A stretch of 64,000 bases of DNA, taken from positions 620,001 to 684,000 of the forward strand of contig NW_026938695.1 in the NCBI RefSeq assembly GCF_032062105.1, written 5' to 3'. A program made the position numbers and the translations under genes. The stretch is from Saccostrea cucullata (lineage: Eukaryota). The notes beneath the pieces are model-generated. The model saw nothing but the letters and a program-made list of their open reading frames with translations. It had not been told where the DNA came from and did not search any database. Shown piece after piece: positions 15,001 through 28,553 of this stretch (the first letter of the stretch is position 1; each line of letters starts with the position of its first letter).

Positions 15001-15239
15001 AGTATTCGCATTCCTTTGTACATGTAATAATATCTTTAATGAATTTGAAATATTAATGTTTCAGGTTTTTATTCTAACAATGAACAAAAACTATTCTGTG
15101 AAATATTTTAAAGTGTTAATTCCATAAGCTCTGTAATAACATATCACAAAGTTTATATTATATCAAACAGAATTTAGCTTCCTCTTCACAACAGCGATAT
15201 CAGTATTATTAATTAGATTATTGTAAATACACAAAGTAG

Positions 15240-15440
15240 TTTAACGCCCCTCTCGAGAATTTTTCATTCATATGGATACGCCAATACTTGCTAGTGGACA
15301 TCTACAATTGTTTGTCCTATACTCGGCACTCAGGGTCATTGAGCACTGAGGAGCCTTTTTCATTCTAGCACTTACGTATACTGTGGCACATGTCTTCGGT
15401 TTATACGATCTCATCCAAAGGACTGGTCTCCACTTCCACA
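15240..15440 (-). mobile_element. SINE fragment (same family)
   Basis: tttaacgcccctctcgagaatttttcattcatatgga...cggcactcagggtcattgag. Confidence 0.65.
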
Positions 15441-17335
15441 GTTGACTTTTTAAGTGTACACCATAAGTTTAACCTATGAATTGAGTTTAATTTTTAAAAC
15501 TAATTATACATTCCATAATACTCTTACAGCTTTAAAGTTAGGATAATTTATGATTTACACGTGCGTGAAATTGTATGTAAATAAATGTAAAAACTTTTAA
15601 GGTACGTCTTTAAATATTTTGTAAAATTAGAGTAAAGTTTACACTGATTTTACACGCAGAATTAGAATCTTTAAATATTACGCATAACATGAATAATTGG
15701 AGAAAAACATTTCTTTTAGCAGATTAAAAAATCCGTAATAAAATTCATACAACGTCTAAGTTTATAAAATCATGTAAATTCAAAAATATGAATACCACAC
15801 AAGTTCCTACGAAATATCTGTAATTTTAATGTTGAAACTTGAAATATTATGAAGGATATTTCATATCATATTTATATTTGTACGTTCAACGTTATTTATG
15901 GATACCTGATATGGCAGTGCTCTGTTTGGAACAAATGAAAATGCAAGGTTGGAATTGAATGGGCATTTAATTAATAAATCAACACAAAGTGTTATCAACA
16001 ATACAAACACAGTTCAAAACATTTGGTAATAGAAAGAAACACATATAGTATGTATCATCATAAAATTTTACTTTTAACGTCACTTTTGAAGTAGTTAAAA
16101 ATGCTATCTTTTTAATAGATTATCTTTGAGAACCAAATACGAAGTCTTGTATGTTTTATGTTTTTAGCAATCAAATTAAAAATCATTTAAGTGTACATGT
16201 AAATCAGTATATTTTTACATTAAAACTTTGTAAAAACTTTCATTTTTTTAGTTTATTATAAAATGATTTCAAATTAGTATGATTGATTCAAAACAAAAGA
16301 GATAACATTTTAATAATTATGCAAACAAAGCAAACATAACTTACAAATATTTATAAACTTCATGCTTATAATCTAATAGAATTCTTATTCTTTTTTTTAA
16401 ATTTTTGTTATTCGTTTTACTTCTAGTTATAAATGCACCATTAAAAGAAAGATAACCAAAACTGTTATTTTAAATTATTTATGTTAAATGTCCTTAACTT
16501 GGTAAAAAAGAAAAATAAAATGATATTATTTTAATACGTTGATATATATTTATAAGAAATTAGTAACAAGTTTGTAACTAAGTTTGTCTATACTAATAGG
16601 AAGTATGAACGCATTTTTTTTCTATAGGAATCAACTGTATAAACCTTCTATGTTCCGAATGGGATTATTCAGGCGAAAAAAGCATATGTACTTTTGTTTA
16701 CTTTCCATATCAATGTGATTTAAATGTATCCGCCTATTTGCAGGTGACTTTAATTCGATGGTAGTCCCGTTCAAATTTCCGGAATTTAAGGCTTTTACAT
16801 GTTCTTTTCAATGACATTGTCTGTAATTATAGAAATATGTATGACCAAAAATCAGTGCATAAATATCAAAAGCATAATGATGCACAATAATTATAGATTA
16901 ATTTAACGATAAATATTGTAATGTAAAGATTAAAAGGAGTAGCTGAAAAGATTCTAAATGAATGAATGTTTATGAATGTTAGCAAAGGATCAATCCTCCA
17001 TTAATTGTTACGGGAAAATACAATTTCTTTGTTAAAATGGAGAAATATGAACCATGTCCTATACATGTATTTAAATGTATATAATTGAACATGCTAGTAG
17101 AGACAAAACGGGATAATTAGAATATTAAACGTCTTAAGGTATGCACATAAAGCAAGTTTATTTTGATACTGTGATATTTCATTTTTAAACAACGCATTAA
17201 GAAAAACTTCAACATCAAAGCAATTTAGATTCAAAACAAAGAAAGTTTTAAATTTCTTGTTTTATTTAAATAAACAGAGAGGCAATAAGGAAGATCTAAA
17301 GTAATATCAATAAATTCACGGTTCATTTCAGAGGT

Positions 17336-17751
17336 CTAAGACAATCTCCAGCCGGAAAAACTTGAAACACCTTGGGCTTCAACATTTCGATCACCACCAG
17401 TTATTCTAACGAAAACGTGTTGTCCTCGTCGGACATATACAAGCACGGTTGTTGATCCACTTCCGTACCCCTCGTCACTATCGACGATTAATTTCCCCTT
17501 GACGGCCCCTCCGGCCACCAGTTCCGAGATTACCCACTGCTTGTGGTTGGTCATCAAGGTCCAGGTAAAAACGTAATACCCAGAGCGGGGGCACACGAAG
17601 ACACCGCTGTGGCGATTGTATCGGTTTAATTTGTTGACGATAACTTGATTGAAAGGAACGGTTCCATGGTGATTTCTGAGATTGTGAGTTAGCCTTGCAT
17701 AGAAGTATGCATTGTAGTAAGGTGCATGACGTATGAATCTATTTTTTATGT
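17336..17751 (-). CDS. C1q domain-containing secreted protein, exon 2 (globular C1q domain)
   Basis: Motifs AYFYARL, TVPFNQVIVN, YNRHSGVFVCPRSGYYVF, SGSTTVLVYVRRGQHVFV, SSFSGWRL. Acceptor ttttcag ends at 17752 and its phase matches exon 1. AATAAA on the minus strand at 17261-17266. Confidence 0.93.
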
Positions 17752-17995
17752 CTGAAAAAGAAAGAATATAATTGAACATGTGATTAAACAATACTTTAAA
17801 GAATATGTCAACCGAATGATGGTTAGGGAAAAATAAAAAGAACAAGTAAGAGGAATATTCGACTTTAATATTTAATCATAAATTCATTATTTTTATGTAA
17901 ATTTACCAGACTTTCTGCAAATTTTGTTGCTTTAAAACATGTCAGTACTTCACAAAAAAGAACATCTGAATTTAAATTATAAAAATTACATGTAT

Positions 17996-19165
17996 ATCAA
18001 TAGTGGTTGGAAGTGCATTTCAGTAACAAACATAGTTAGTAACCACTATTGAAATACGACCACTATTGAAATAGTTATATCAATAGTGGTTGAGAGTGCA
18101 TTTCAATTAAGGAATGAAGCTTACTTCAACTTATGTTATCCGATATCACATAACTTGGGGCAGTTTACGCTTTATAAACCGCGAAGCGGTTTATAAATAA
18201 GCGTAAACTGCCCCAAGTTTGTTATATCGGATAACATAAGTTGAAATAAGCTTCATTTCTTATTATTTAATTTCAATGTACACAACGAGACAATATTTCC
18301 TCCAGAATAGGGCTTCAAAGTGAGCATTATTTTAAAAGTAACGTCGAGCGGAGTGATACGTTTTTGACGTAACTCATTGTTACAAGTGAAATCAAATTAT
18401 TAGCAAACATAACAAACATAACCACTATTGTAATACGACCACTATTGAAATAATTATATCAATAGTGGTTGAGAGTGCATTTCAATAACAAACAAAGTTA
18501 GTATATCCACTATTGAAATACGACCACTATTGAAATAATTATTTCAATAGTGGGTGAGAGTGAATGTCAATATGGTATCCATAGGTTTCAACCACTTTTG
18601 AAATACTAACGGTATTGAAAGAAAAGTTTCACCGTTGGCATTATTAGCGAGTGTTTCGAACTCGCTAAAATTAAATATCACGTAAAAAAAATGTGTTTAA
18701 TTGGTATGGCTTCATTAGTGAACATTTTAGAATCAATAGAATTAATTCTGGCTAAAAATAAAATACCATATTTTAAGGACAAATCGCAAAATTTGCTAAA
18801 ATTTCCACTTATACGGTATTTCAATAGTGGTCGTATTTCAATAGTGGTTATTACCTATGTTTGTTATTGAAATTCAGTATCACCCATTATTAAAATAATT
18901 ATTTTAATAGAGGTCGCATTTCAATGGTAGTTATTACCTATGTTTGTTATTGAAATGCACTCTCAACCACTATTGATACAATTATTTCAATAGTGGTTGT
19001 TACCTATGTTTGTTATTGAAATAGACTCTCAACCACTATTGATATAATTATTTCAATAGTGGTTGCATTTCAATAGTGGTTACTAACTATGTTTGCTATT
19101 GAAATGCACTCTCAACCACTACTGATATAATTATTTCAATAGTGGTCGTTATTTCAATAGTGGTT
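17996..19165. repeat. Foldback structure in the C1q intron: inverted arms built of accactattgaaat subrepeats with nested insertions
   Basis: Left arm (about 17996-18560) has repeated accactattgaaata. Right arm (about 18820-19165) has repeated tttcaatagtggt. Confidence 0.75.
18108..18262. repeat. Near-perfect 155-bp palindrome
   Basis: taaggaatgaagctta...ttggggcagtttacgct...aaaccgc-gaa-gcggttt...agcgtaaactgccccaag...taagcttcatttctta. Confidence 0.9.
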
Positions 19166-19993
19166 GCAACAGTGCACTACTTAAAATTAACAGCTACACA
19201 TGATTGAAATTATTTTCAATGATTTTTTAAACATGCTTTATTTAAATTTCTGTTAAGATGGCTCAAAATCTTTCATCCCTTTAATTACTAATTTGAAAAT
19301 TTAAAGATTGAAGATGTTCCAACTTTTTTTAAGCACAAAGTTATTACATGAATTTATTTTTCCCTAATGAATTAGGATGTTGCACTTCTTTTGCGTTTCA
19401 GTATATTTCCTCCATATGTCAGGTAGCTTTATCGATCAATTTGACAGATATTGTATAACTCCCGTGTCGAATACAGGCTTTAAATTTGAAGACATATACC
19501 GGTAAATGGTAGCGTTTCCATATGAATGAACATTCTTGAGAATGATGTCAATCAACTAAGACTTATTTAACATATTTTTTAAAGTCAAATATGGCGTATT
19601 TTTCATAACTTCAGACTAACTAAATTCTACAAGATCTTTCTATTTGTTTTGTTACTTTTATATAAAGATAGGACTTTCCTGTAAATTATACAGTTAAATT
19701 CATCGCGTTTCATAGATATCACAGATTTAAATCAATAACCGATTTCATTCAGACTCGGAATTTAATCAACAGCTCAGATAAGCCATATACATGTATAGCT
19801 TTAAGTTGAATTACTGGAAATACCACATCTTTTATAGTCAAACTGTGTTTGCATGAAGACCAAATTGATAAAAAAATTCGACTGAAATTCGATTGCTTTA
19901 GTTCTTTCTTTCGGTATCGAATTAATGATATTTTAATCATTCATATAAGTTCTTACTTAGAGTAGTTACTAGGGACATTTATTGCCATCTTAC

Positions 19994-20072
19994 CTGTAAT
20001 GGCGGCTTCGTCTTTCAGACATGCGCAGTAGTTGACCAGAAAGAAGGTAACACCAAGACACAATACGAGCAT
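19994..20072 (-). CDS. C1q domain-containing protein, exon 1 (signal peptide); spliced product 164 aa
   Basis: ATG at 20072 gives MLVLCLGVTFFLVNYCACLKDEAAIT then G|gtaag. The 79-nt phase-1 exon joins exon 2 in frame (D-I-K-N). Confidence 0.85.
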
Positions 20073-20119
20073 TGTTTCGATCAAAGTCAGTAATATGTCG
20101 AGTGGAGTATCCATTCTTA

Positions 20120-20125
20120 TTTATA
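20120..20125 (-). promoter_or_regulatory. TATA box of the C1q gene
   Basis: TATAAA about 50 nt upstream of the ATG. Confidence 0.55.
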
Positions 20126-21214
20126 GAAAAACTGAATATTTGCAGATAGAGGCATGTTTTAGCAATTAATTAAGGTGTATGACAGATATCCTACACGTTT
20201 AATGTTTATTTTCTGTTAACATCTTGCCAATTCTATATAATTTCATTGATTGCCATGAACAAAATGAAAATTATCAATAATATGTCCAATATCAAAATAA
20301 TTAATGACAAAACACTTATTTGAAAGAGATCATATTTCAAGAAATTATTTTCCAAGAAATTTATTTTTTACATATTTAATTTGTATGATAAATGAAATAT
20401 GTTTCAAATTCCAATAAAAGCAGTTGACAAGCTAGGATTTATAGTATTTCACTCTGTTAAAATATATGAAGTTGTGCATGCGTCAGTGTTTTGCAGTTTT
20501 CTAATAAACATATGTTTCAAATGCACTGAAAAAAGTAATACATTGCCAAGTAATGCGTTTTAAATATCCAATACAAAAGTATATTTATGTAAATAATATA
20601 TAAAACAGGTTTACAAATCTATCAAAAAAAACATTTTAAAGAAGTATAAATTCAAATATTTTATTAACGTAATGGAATTTTATGCATGCTTTCATCTAAT
20701 TTCTTACACCTTGACGTTTGCAATTTTTGTCCTTTAAGATAGGAGAATATATGTGCTTTATGATCCTACATGTACATGTTACTGCAATATATTTACATTC
20801 ATAGTATTTTTTTTTTAAAAAATCCATCCAGGACGTTCAAATATCTATAACATACCCAAAACCTTGTAACCGCGCGTTAGAATACACAGTAGGAACTATA
20901 TGCATTTCAATACTCTATGAGCACCAAAATGTAATTTTTATTTCAATGGAATGTAAAACTATAATTCTTATAATTTAACGTTAAATATACAAAAAATGTG
21001 CGTTAGACATTAATTTACCACTTTTTTCTTGTAATGTTCGTTGCGTTATTTAACTGCACAACGTCACAAACGGATCTTGCGTCTCTTAAGTCTCTTCAGT
21101 GCAACAGTTTTGAAGGGTGCTAAATGCACATTAAAAATTTACAAAATAAACAGTTTGGTCGTGGTTTGCGACGATGTACATGTATATATCCTTGTATAAA
21201 AATTGATTAATTGA

Positions 21215-21590
21215 TGGTTTATTTGTTGCTTAACATCCCTCTCGAATTTTATTAATCCTACATATGGAGATGATTATTCAACTTTAATTAGCACCTACTG
21301 CCATTGTGAAGTGAGGAACTTTTTTCTTGTCAGCACCTACTGTAACACTGAACCTCGGTTTAAACGGTCTCATCCGAAGGACTGGCCTGGGGGCCATAAA
21401 ACAGTCGAGCTCACTTTTGATCTCAGTCTCACTTTGCCACTATATATTCCTTTGGTAAAAGTGAGACTGAGATCAAAATGAGCTCGTCTAAATTTTTTGG
21501 CCCCCAGGCCTGGTCTCAACGTCTCACAATGGGATTCAAATTCTCACTCCGCGACTCTCAACTTGACGCTCTAACCTCTGCACCATGCGA
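21215..21590 (-). mobile_element. SINE copy interrupted by a MITE
   Basis: Family body and gggattcaaa B-box complement. The shared motif gaaggactggtctc is split at 21385. Confidence 0.65.
21385..21509. mobile_element. 125-bp palindromic MITE with 3-bp CTG target duplication (PIF/Harbinger-like)
   Basis: TIR gcctgggggcca/tggcccccaggc, CTG on both sides, long internal inverted repeat. Confidence 0.8.
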
Positions 21591-24500
21591 GCGACCTTTA
21601 TATAAATAGAAAGAAAGAAATAAATGTCTTTTACGATCCACCTTTAAATTGCTTGTCAGATTTTTATTAATTGTCACAGTATAAAGAAATTGCAATAAAT
21701 TCGAATAAAAATCAAGGTTAATGTACAGGTATAGGTTTGATACAAGTGACGTAACAATGTGTACACGAAACTTTAACGTGCACGTTATATTTGACGTCAA
21801 GGTCAGTAATATGATTTAGTTATACGTATACATGTACGCATTCAAATTTTCGTGAAATATGAATAAAGTAAATTAATTGTAAAGCAAAGATGTCATAAAT
21901 AACGAATAATTATTATATGTATTGTCATTTCACTGCAGTGAAGTGCTTAGAATTTAAATATTTTGTTTGTCTCTACAGGACAACCTTTTTATGCACCACT
22001 TAAAAAATGGGGACAGTCATACCGATTCGAAATTGACAACCAAAAAAGACCACATTAAGCGGGTTATGTAATTTTTTCTGCAATAGCTGCGACCATTAAT
22101 TCCAGTAATAACAAACAAAGAAAGACAATTCATTGTTTATATTTACATCTGTTTAAATAATCATTTAAAGTAGAATTAAAAAGATTAATTATTGTATTAA
22201 AGACGTACAACACACTGGGGGAGATAACCCTTGCGATTTCAATTGAACGTTTGACGTGACGTCAAATTAACGTCAAAAATAAAGCGTCAAAACGACGAGT
22301 AAAACGATCCCGATGTATATCAATCTTGAAAGAAAATTGGGATACGGGGCTTGGCTGTGATTGTGCGTACCATACTCAATCAATAAGTATGTTTTAATGA
22401 ACCCGATTAAACTCCGTAAAAAGCAATACATAAAATACCATCCCTTAATGTTCATTTCATTGCATTTCATATACAATAAATTGTATTTTTGATCAAAGCG
22501 CAGCATTTTTTTTTATTCTGAAAATTTTATTTTACATTGCCGAAATTCTCATTATGTACAATTGGCTATATAACATTCCGATTAATGGTCTTCATTACAA
22601 TTTGTGTATATACGATATAAATAGTGTTTTTCTTCTTTAATTAAATAAAACAACAATAAATAAACAAAAAAATCGATGTTGTTCTCAGACCCTTACTGAT
22701 CAAAGAGGAACAACTCTGAAAATGTAGGAGATGTTTATTTTCCTCCCTTTAGTCACGGTTTGCCACAGAATCAGATACATTTACAGCAAGACCTGATAAA
22801 TCCGAGAATTGAATACTATAGACCTCATATACACAATGTAAGTATAGAATTGAAAAGAATTGTTCACTTGTACTGAAATTATCTGCATTTATGAATATCC
22901 TATTGCAGCAAATCGTTTGACTTTCTGTCAACAATGTCGGTTCGCATTTCCTCGAATCAAAACAAAACGTAGCCTGTAAGATTTAAAAAAAAAATATCAA
23001 AGTGCGATTTGATATAAATCGAAATAGATGAAGAGTTTCATGTTTGATATTTTGAAGTTAATGTGGACGAATACGGATTTTCATTTTAACTTTATTAGAA
23101 GCGACGACATTGAAAGAAATGCGTACAATATCATGAGGGGTGTGTATACATCTATGCAAATGTCGATGTATCCCCACGGCCACATTCTGTCTCGTTTGAA
23201 ATAATGACATGAAAGAAACTACAATTATTCCATTTATATCACAGGAGAGTTGAGCATACACCATTTTTTTAATGAATAAAATTAAAGAAATAAAATTAAA
23301 AATCAACATATTCAAGTTCAACAAAACTTAAATTCGTATCCAGGTTTCATGTGATATGGAATGCATAACGCATACATATACATGTATGGACTAAACACTA
23401 AAATCCTTCAGTATTTTTTTTCCTGATACATATAAAAAGAGTAGTCAATATTTATTCTGCATTCATGAATTTTAAAACTGATGCATACCTCCGGGATTCA
23501 AATGACGAAATACCAGTATATTTGCACTGTAAACGACGTTTCGTCAAACGCTAATGGTCTGCGACGCAAAAAAGGAAGGGGTGGGGGTGATAGGGGTATT
23601 CAAAAATTGCCTAAAAATCTACATTTAAATACGCTTTACATATGAGAACTTTTAAATTTGTGAGTTAATATATTTTTGAAGCAAAAGCAGTATTCCAATT
23701 TAATTTTTTTTAATGTGTATATGTAGATTCATATAACAAAGTGATCGACCCCCGTCTGAAAGACGCGAGGGAACGTGATTTATTGAGAAAGGGGGAGGGG
23801 GTAGTTTTCCGCTATTAAATCAAAACTAGTCGTACAAAAATTATACAAAAAATTATGAAGATTATTTTTACTCCCAGCTACCTAAAGAAAGTTTTTTACC
23901 AAAATTAAACGACAGGTTTTTTCACAAAAAAAATTTGAATTTGAAAAACGCGCAATTTTCAAGGCTTAGATAATTCATAGTTTTTCAGTTTAAGGTCTTT
24001 AAAAATTATTTTGATGACATGTATATCAAAAAGATGACTATGTTTTTGTGTTAAATGGTTAAGGGAATAAGCCAGTGAAATTTGACATTTATATCTAACC
24101 TGGCTTTTTTGAAAATCAAGGTTTAAGTAGTTCATTGATTAAAAATTTTCTCTTCTTGTAAACAACTAAAGGGGGGTAACTTTTCGAAGTTCCTGTCCAA
24201 AAACCACTCGAACGATTTTGTCCAAAATGTGCATACATGCAGTAGATATAGTCATGTACTAAATATACAAAAATAACGAAAATTAAACGACAGGAATTTT
24301 TTTTGGTAGGTGTGTTGTACATCCTTAATGATGCGAACGTCTTTATACGTTTCATTCATGGAACAGCCATTGATCAAGAAATCTGTACAGGTGACATGCC
24401 TAATGTAGTTCATGCAGTGATTAACGCAATGGGTTTTTCTTAAGAAATAAAGGAGAAAATATTCAGTAGAGGTAAATATTAATAAATGTTAGTTGTAAAA

Positions 24501-25532
24501 TTAAAAACAGAATAAAACAATAATAAATGCAGTAGCTATTAAAACAAAGTAGTAAATAATTTAGATTCCTCTAACAAGATAAGATTTCGGTATAGGTGTA
24601 CAGTGTACAGTGTACTTCGATCTGATTGGATGATTGGCTAATTGGATTAACCATGGCCATTGCATACACAGTGTCTCTGCCATGCCAGATTGCAAATTCC
24701 ATCTGTTGACTTGTTTTATTATTCATCAGATGCCAACAATAAACAATAAATAATGCCCCCCCCCCCCCCTGACATGTCTGGTTGCTAATTTTAAGAACTT
24801 TATCATTAACGTTATCAATGGTGAGTATATAATTATAACAACAGTATTTCATTACAAAATTTGCTGCCAGAAATGTTTTATTAAATGAAATAACTCTCTA
24901 CATTATCTTATTAACTGGCCTTTTGATATCTAAAGTGTGTTAATATATTAATTAAATTGATATGTAAGCTCGTGATGAATGGACAATTTAATTGTATGCA
25001 TAAATAAGTGCTGGGAATTAGCAATTTCTTCAGATGTTCAGATGTACCCATTGGTAATACATATACGTATTTTTAAACTATTAAGTAGTAACAATTTTTC
25101 AAGAGAAAATAGTCCATCCAACTATAAAATCTTTTGAACTCTCTTCATTCGTGTAATTTCTGAAATTCTGATTTTTTGACCATTTACAAAATGTTTGGAT
25201 TTGATCTAATTTCTGTAGCATTTGTATAATGAAACATTTGTACAGGATACATAACAATATACTGAGTGAATTAACTTCATTTTTATTTAACACAAAAATA
25301 TGTTCCTTTTTCATACATGTAGACTCCAAATACATATACATTTTATTATAGTTACACATCTAATTATCAAACATATGGACATATATCCAAATGCAACTCA
25401 AATTTTAAAAAAATCAAATTTACAGTTTGGAATCAATTAAACAGAAAACAGATAAGTAACTGCATAAACATAAACAATACACATATCATTTTTGTACATA
25501 ATGCACATAGAGAATTAAAACATGTACCTAAC

Positions 25533-27207
25533 TTAGGTATCTGTCAAAAAATAGTTCTGTCTTTGTATGTATCTATATACAGACACTATGTCAGTACATT
25601 CTGATGATCCACATCCTACATAAAGAAGATGAGTTTCGTGATCATAGGCCAGGCTATAAAGCGCATGTATAACCCCTTCTTTGGTCAACAGGAGTGACAA
25701 AAAGTGACCATCCTTGTCAATCATCTGCACAGTGTCAGTGAGGTTATCGACCACCAGGATGTGTGACAGGGCGTCTGTACAGATTCCTGTAGGCCGTAGT
25801 CCTTGTTGCAGTCCTGATCCTGATGGAGGCCCCGTGTAAGAGAACCGATGTTTGCCCCCAGCGTCAACCACCACTACAGCACTGAGATTATAGTCTGACA
25901 CAATAATATCTCCATTGCAATTTTTTGTGAGGTACTTTGGATCTCCATATAAATTTTCACCTTTGTTGTCGAATCGGATAGTTTGGATTTCTACTTCCCC
26001 ACTGCTGTCATACCGCTTTACCATGCCTGTTTAGGTATCGTAATTAAAAATCCTCATCCCAATAAGTAGTTCTCCAGAGGAAACACAGTAATGGAGACAG
26101 GTGGGTCTCAATGAATCTGTTATCCTCATTAACATGACCATTGAGTGGCTGTCTGTCTGAATTTTGACATCACCTTTGATGTCAATATAAATAAGTTCCC
26201 CAGCACTTGATACTGTGTGCACACCTCCAAAAGCAGCTTTGTCTGTGACTTTCTGAAGAGTTTCACCAGAGTTGTCTGTCAAGATGAGATTGTTCCAATC
26301 ACTAACCCAGAATTTATCTGGTGTCACAATAGAAAGATGACGACCATAACTGATATCTTTTACTTTCACCGACCTCTTTAACACAGGTTTAGACATCATT
26401 TTGAACAGCTGTTCATTTACTACATGTGTTTCAATAAAGTCTTATTGGATTTTTTTTAATAACAGACACACAGCATATTTGTTTAAATTATCACTTATAG
26501 ACAAAAGAGGCACTTGCTTTACCTTTATAGTTGCTTTGGTATTTTTGATGAAATTTTCTTGTAGAATAAAAGGAGTGGTACAGCTATGTTCGATAAACAC
26601 TCAGTCCTGTGTTCATAATATTCAGATTTAGCCAGAAATGTATTTAGTTTGGACATCTGATGTTGCAGTGTTTTAAACAAAATAATGCTGTATTTTATTT
26701 TATCATTTAACAACACAGTATCAGTTAGACCCTTTAGTCTTGTAGCCTTTGAGGACATTGCTGATTGAATACCTGACATTTTTATACTGCATGTTTTCAT
26801 CTGACTCTTAATACCTGTTAAGACAATATAGTTCTTGTAAAGAATCTCACTTCTGATTTTGTGAATATTTTCTTTGTGTTGCTGTCGGGTTTTTTATAAG
26901 CATCTTCCAGATCCAATTTTTCATGACTTTTATGCTCTATACACAGATTACTGACAGGAAGTTCACACAAGTGACAGTACATTTCATATATCATTTTTGG
27001 ATGTCTTCTGCAAATCTCAGCTTTTTGGATACTTCCAGATTTCTCTCTGTAAATCACAACATCATGGTAAGCCGTATCTAGATCAATGACATGTCTCTCT
27101 TTACACTGTGGACAAAGGTTACTTTTACATGTATTGCAGTAGAATTCTGTGTCCCCATCACAATTAGAACATGTCTTTATCATACACTGTGTGCTGAAAT
27201 CTTCCAT
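25533..27207 (-). pseudogene. RING-less TRIM-like B-box/B-box/coiled-coil/NHL gene, paralogue 1, disrupted
   Basis: Four ORF fragments collinear with the intact paralogues. Frameshifts near 26890 and 26550-26590, in-frame TAA at 26442-26444 and 26031-26033. ATG (MEDFS) at 27207, acceptor ending at 27240. Confidence 0.88.
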
Positions 27208-27979
27208 GATAATATCTCTGTCTTCTCCATACAAACAAACTGTTTAAAATACAAACCAATTTTTTATATTGTATATGTACAATTAATGAAATGAATTCAT
27301 TTTCTATGAATGAGAGATTGAAAGATACATGTACCATGACTTAAAATTATACCATGAAATGAAAAAAAGCATAGATTTATACGATTTATATCTGTGAAAT
27401 AGACCTGATTTCAAAGGCTTCAAAAAAGATTTTGGTTAATTTTCACAATTATTTTCATACGTCTATGGATTACAAAAAAAAGTAAACCTGAAATTTGTCT
27501 ATAGGACAGGATGCCTTGCCAAGTGTATATACATTGTAAGTAGAAGTACACGAAAATTTGTATTAGTGTTATAAAGTTTGATTAAAATATTTAGTTTCTA
27601 TAAAATACTTGATTTTGACTGGATAAAAATTTCTTTTGATATCTGCATCAATTGAATCTAGAACTAGATGCTGTCATGAGACAGTAATACCCGCACTAAG
27701 GTGTTTGCCTCTTAATACACACTCGTACATATAAGGCTTAAAGCCTTCCAAGGAAAAGTCAAAATAATTCTATAATTTACACAGTACATGTATTCGTCAC
27801 ATTGAGTATAACATTCTCAGACCCTGTGACTATGTGACCTATGACTCAGTGCCTCTTATATGTATTTTATTAGATAGAACGTTCTATCGTTAAAATGATA
27901 TTGTCCTACGGACCCGGTTTAACGATCTGTGGTGAGGGCTTGTATCATTAGATCATTCTAACCAGTATTTTATATGCTT

Positions 27980-28124
27980 CATAGGCGTTGGAAGGAAATT
28001 GAAAGTGGGGAGGGGGGGCTAAACCAACAAAAAAGGTACACCCCAATTTTCAATACATAGAAAATGTCCATCTTTGCAAAAAAAAAAAAGGGGGGGGGGT
28101 AGCCCCCCGGTTCAGACGCCTATG
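27980..28124. mobile_element. Small hAT-like MITE
   Basis: TIR cataggcgt/acgcctatg with G-run subtermini. No clear target duplication. Confidence 0.5.
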
Positions 28125-28337
28125 TGTAAATTAGATTTTAAAAAAATGTTTTGCTCATAATTGGTACCTTTTTAAATTTAATAATGCCCCCCCCCAAAAA
28201 AAAAAACACAAAAACACCACACAAAGACACACTCTCACGAACCGTACTTTTGTTTTAATAGGATACACATGAAGATGGAAAAGTTATGTTAAAACACAGT
28301 TTGTTATGAATTAATTTTAAAATTTGTTCTTGAACTA

Positions 28338-28553
28338 CCGTAAATCTGGAAATTTTTGCTGTAGATAAATTTTTAGCAAATTTGCAAATTCATTGCATTC
28401 GCAAAAATATTTGTCTTAAAAATAATTCAACAATAAGAAAATGTAAACAAAGTAGTGGTCATTCGCAAAATTTTGAAACGTAAAAAATATAATCAACAGC
28501 ATTTTGACCTAGATTCGCAAAATAAATCAACGTAAAAATTTCCAGATTTACGG
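28338..28553. mobile_element. MITE with TA target duplication
   Basis: ta|ccgtaaatctggaaattttt ... aaaaatttccagatttacgg|ta. Confidence 0.88.

Noticed and set aside
17752-17845. N-terminal extension of the C1q ORF in the track
   Set aside because: It is intron sequence upstream of the acceptor. The true start is at 20072.
22749-23324. Two minus-strand ORFs that might be exons
   Set aside because: No recognisable domain and no consistent splice phase established.
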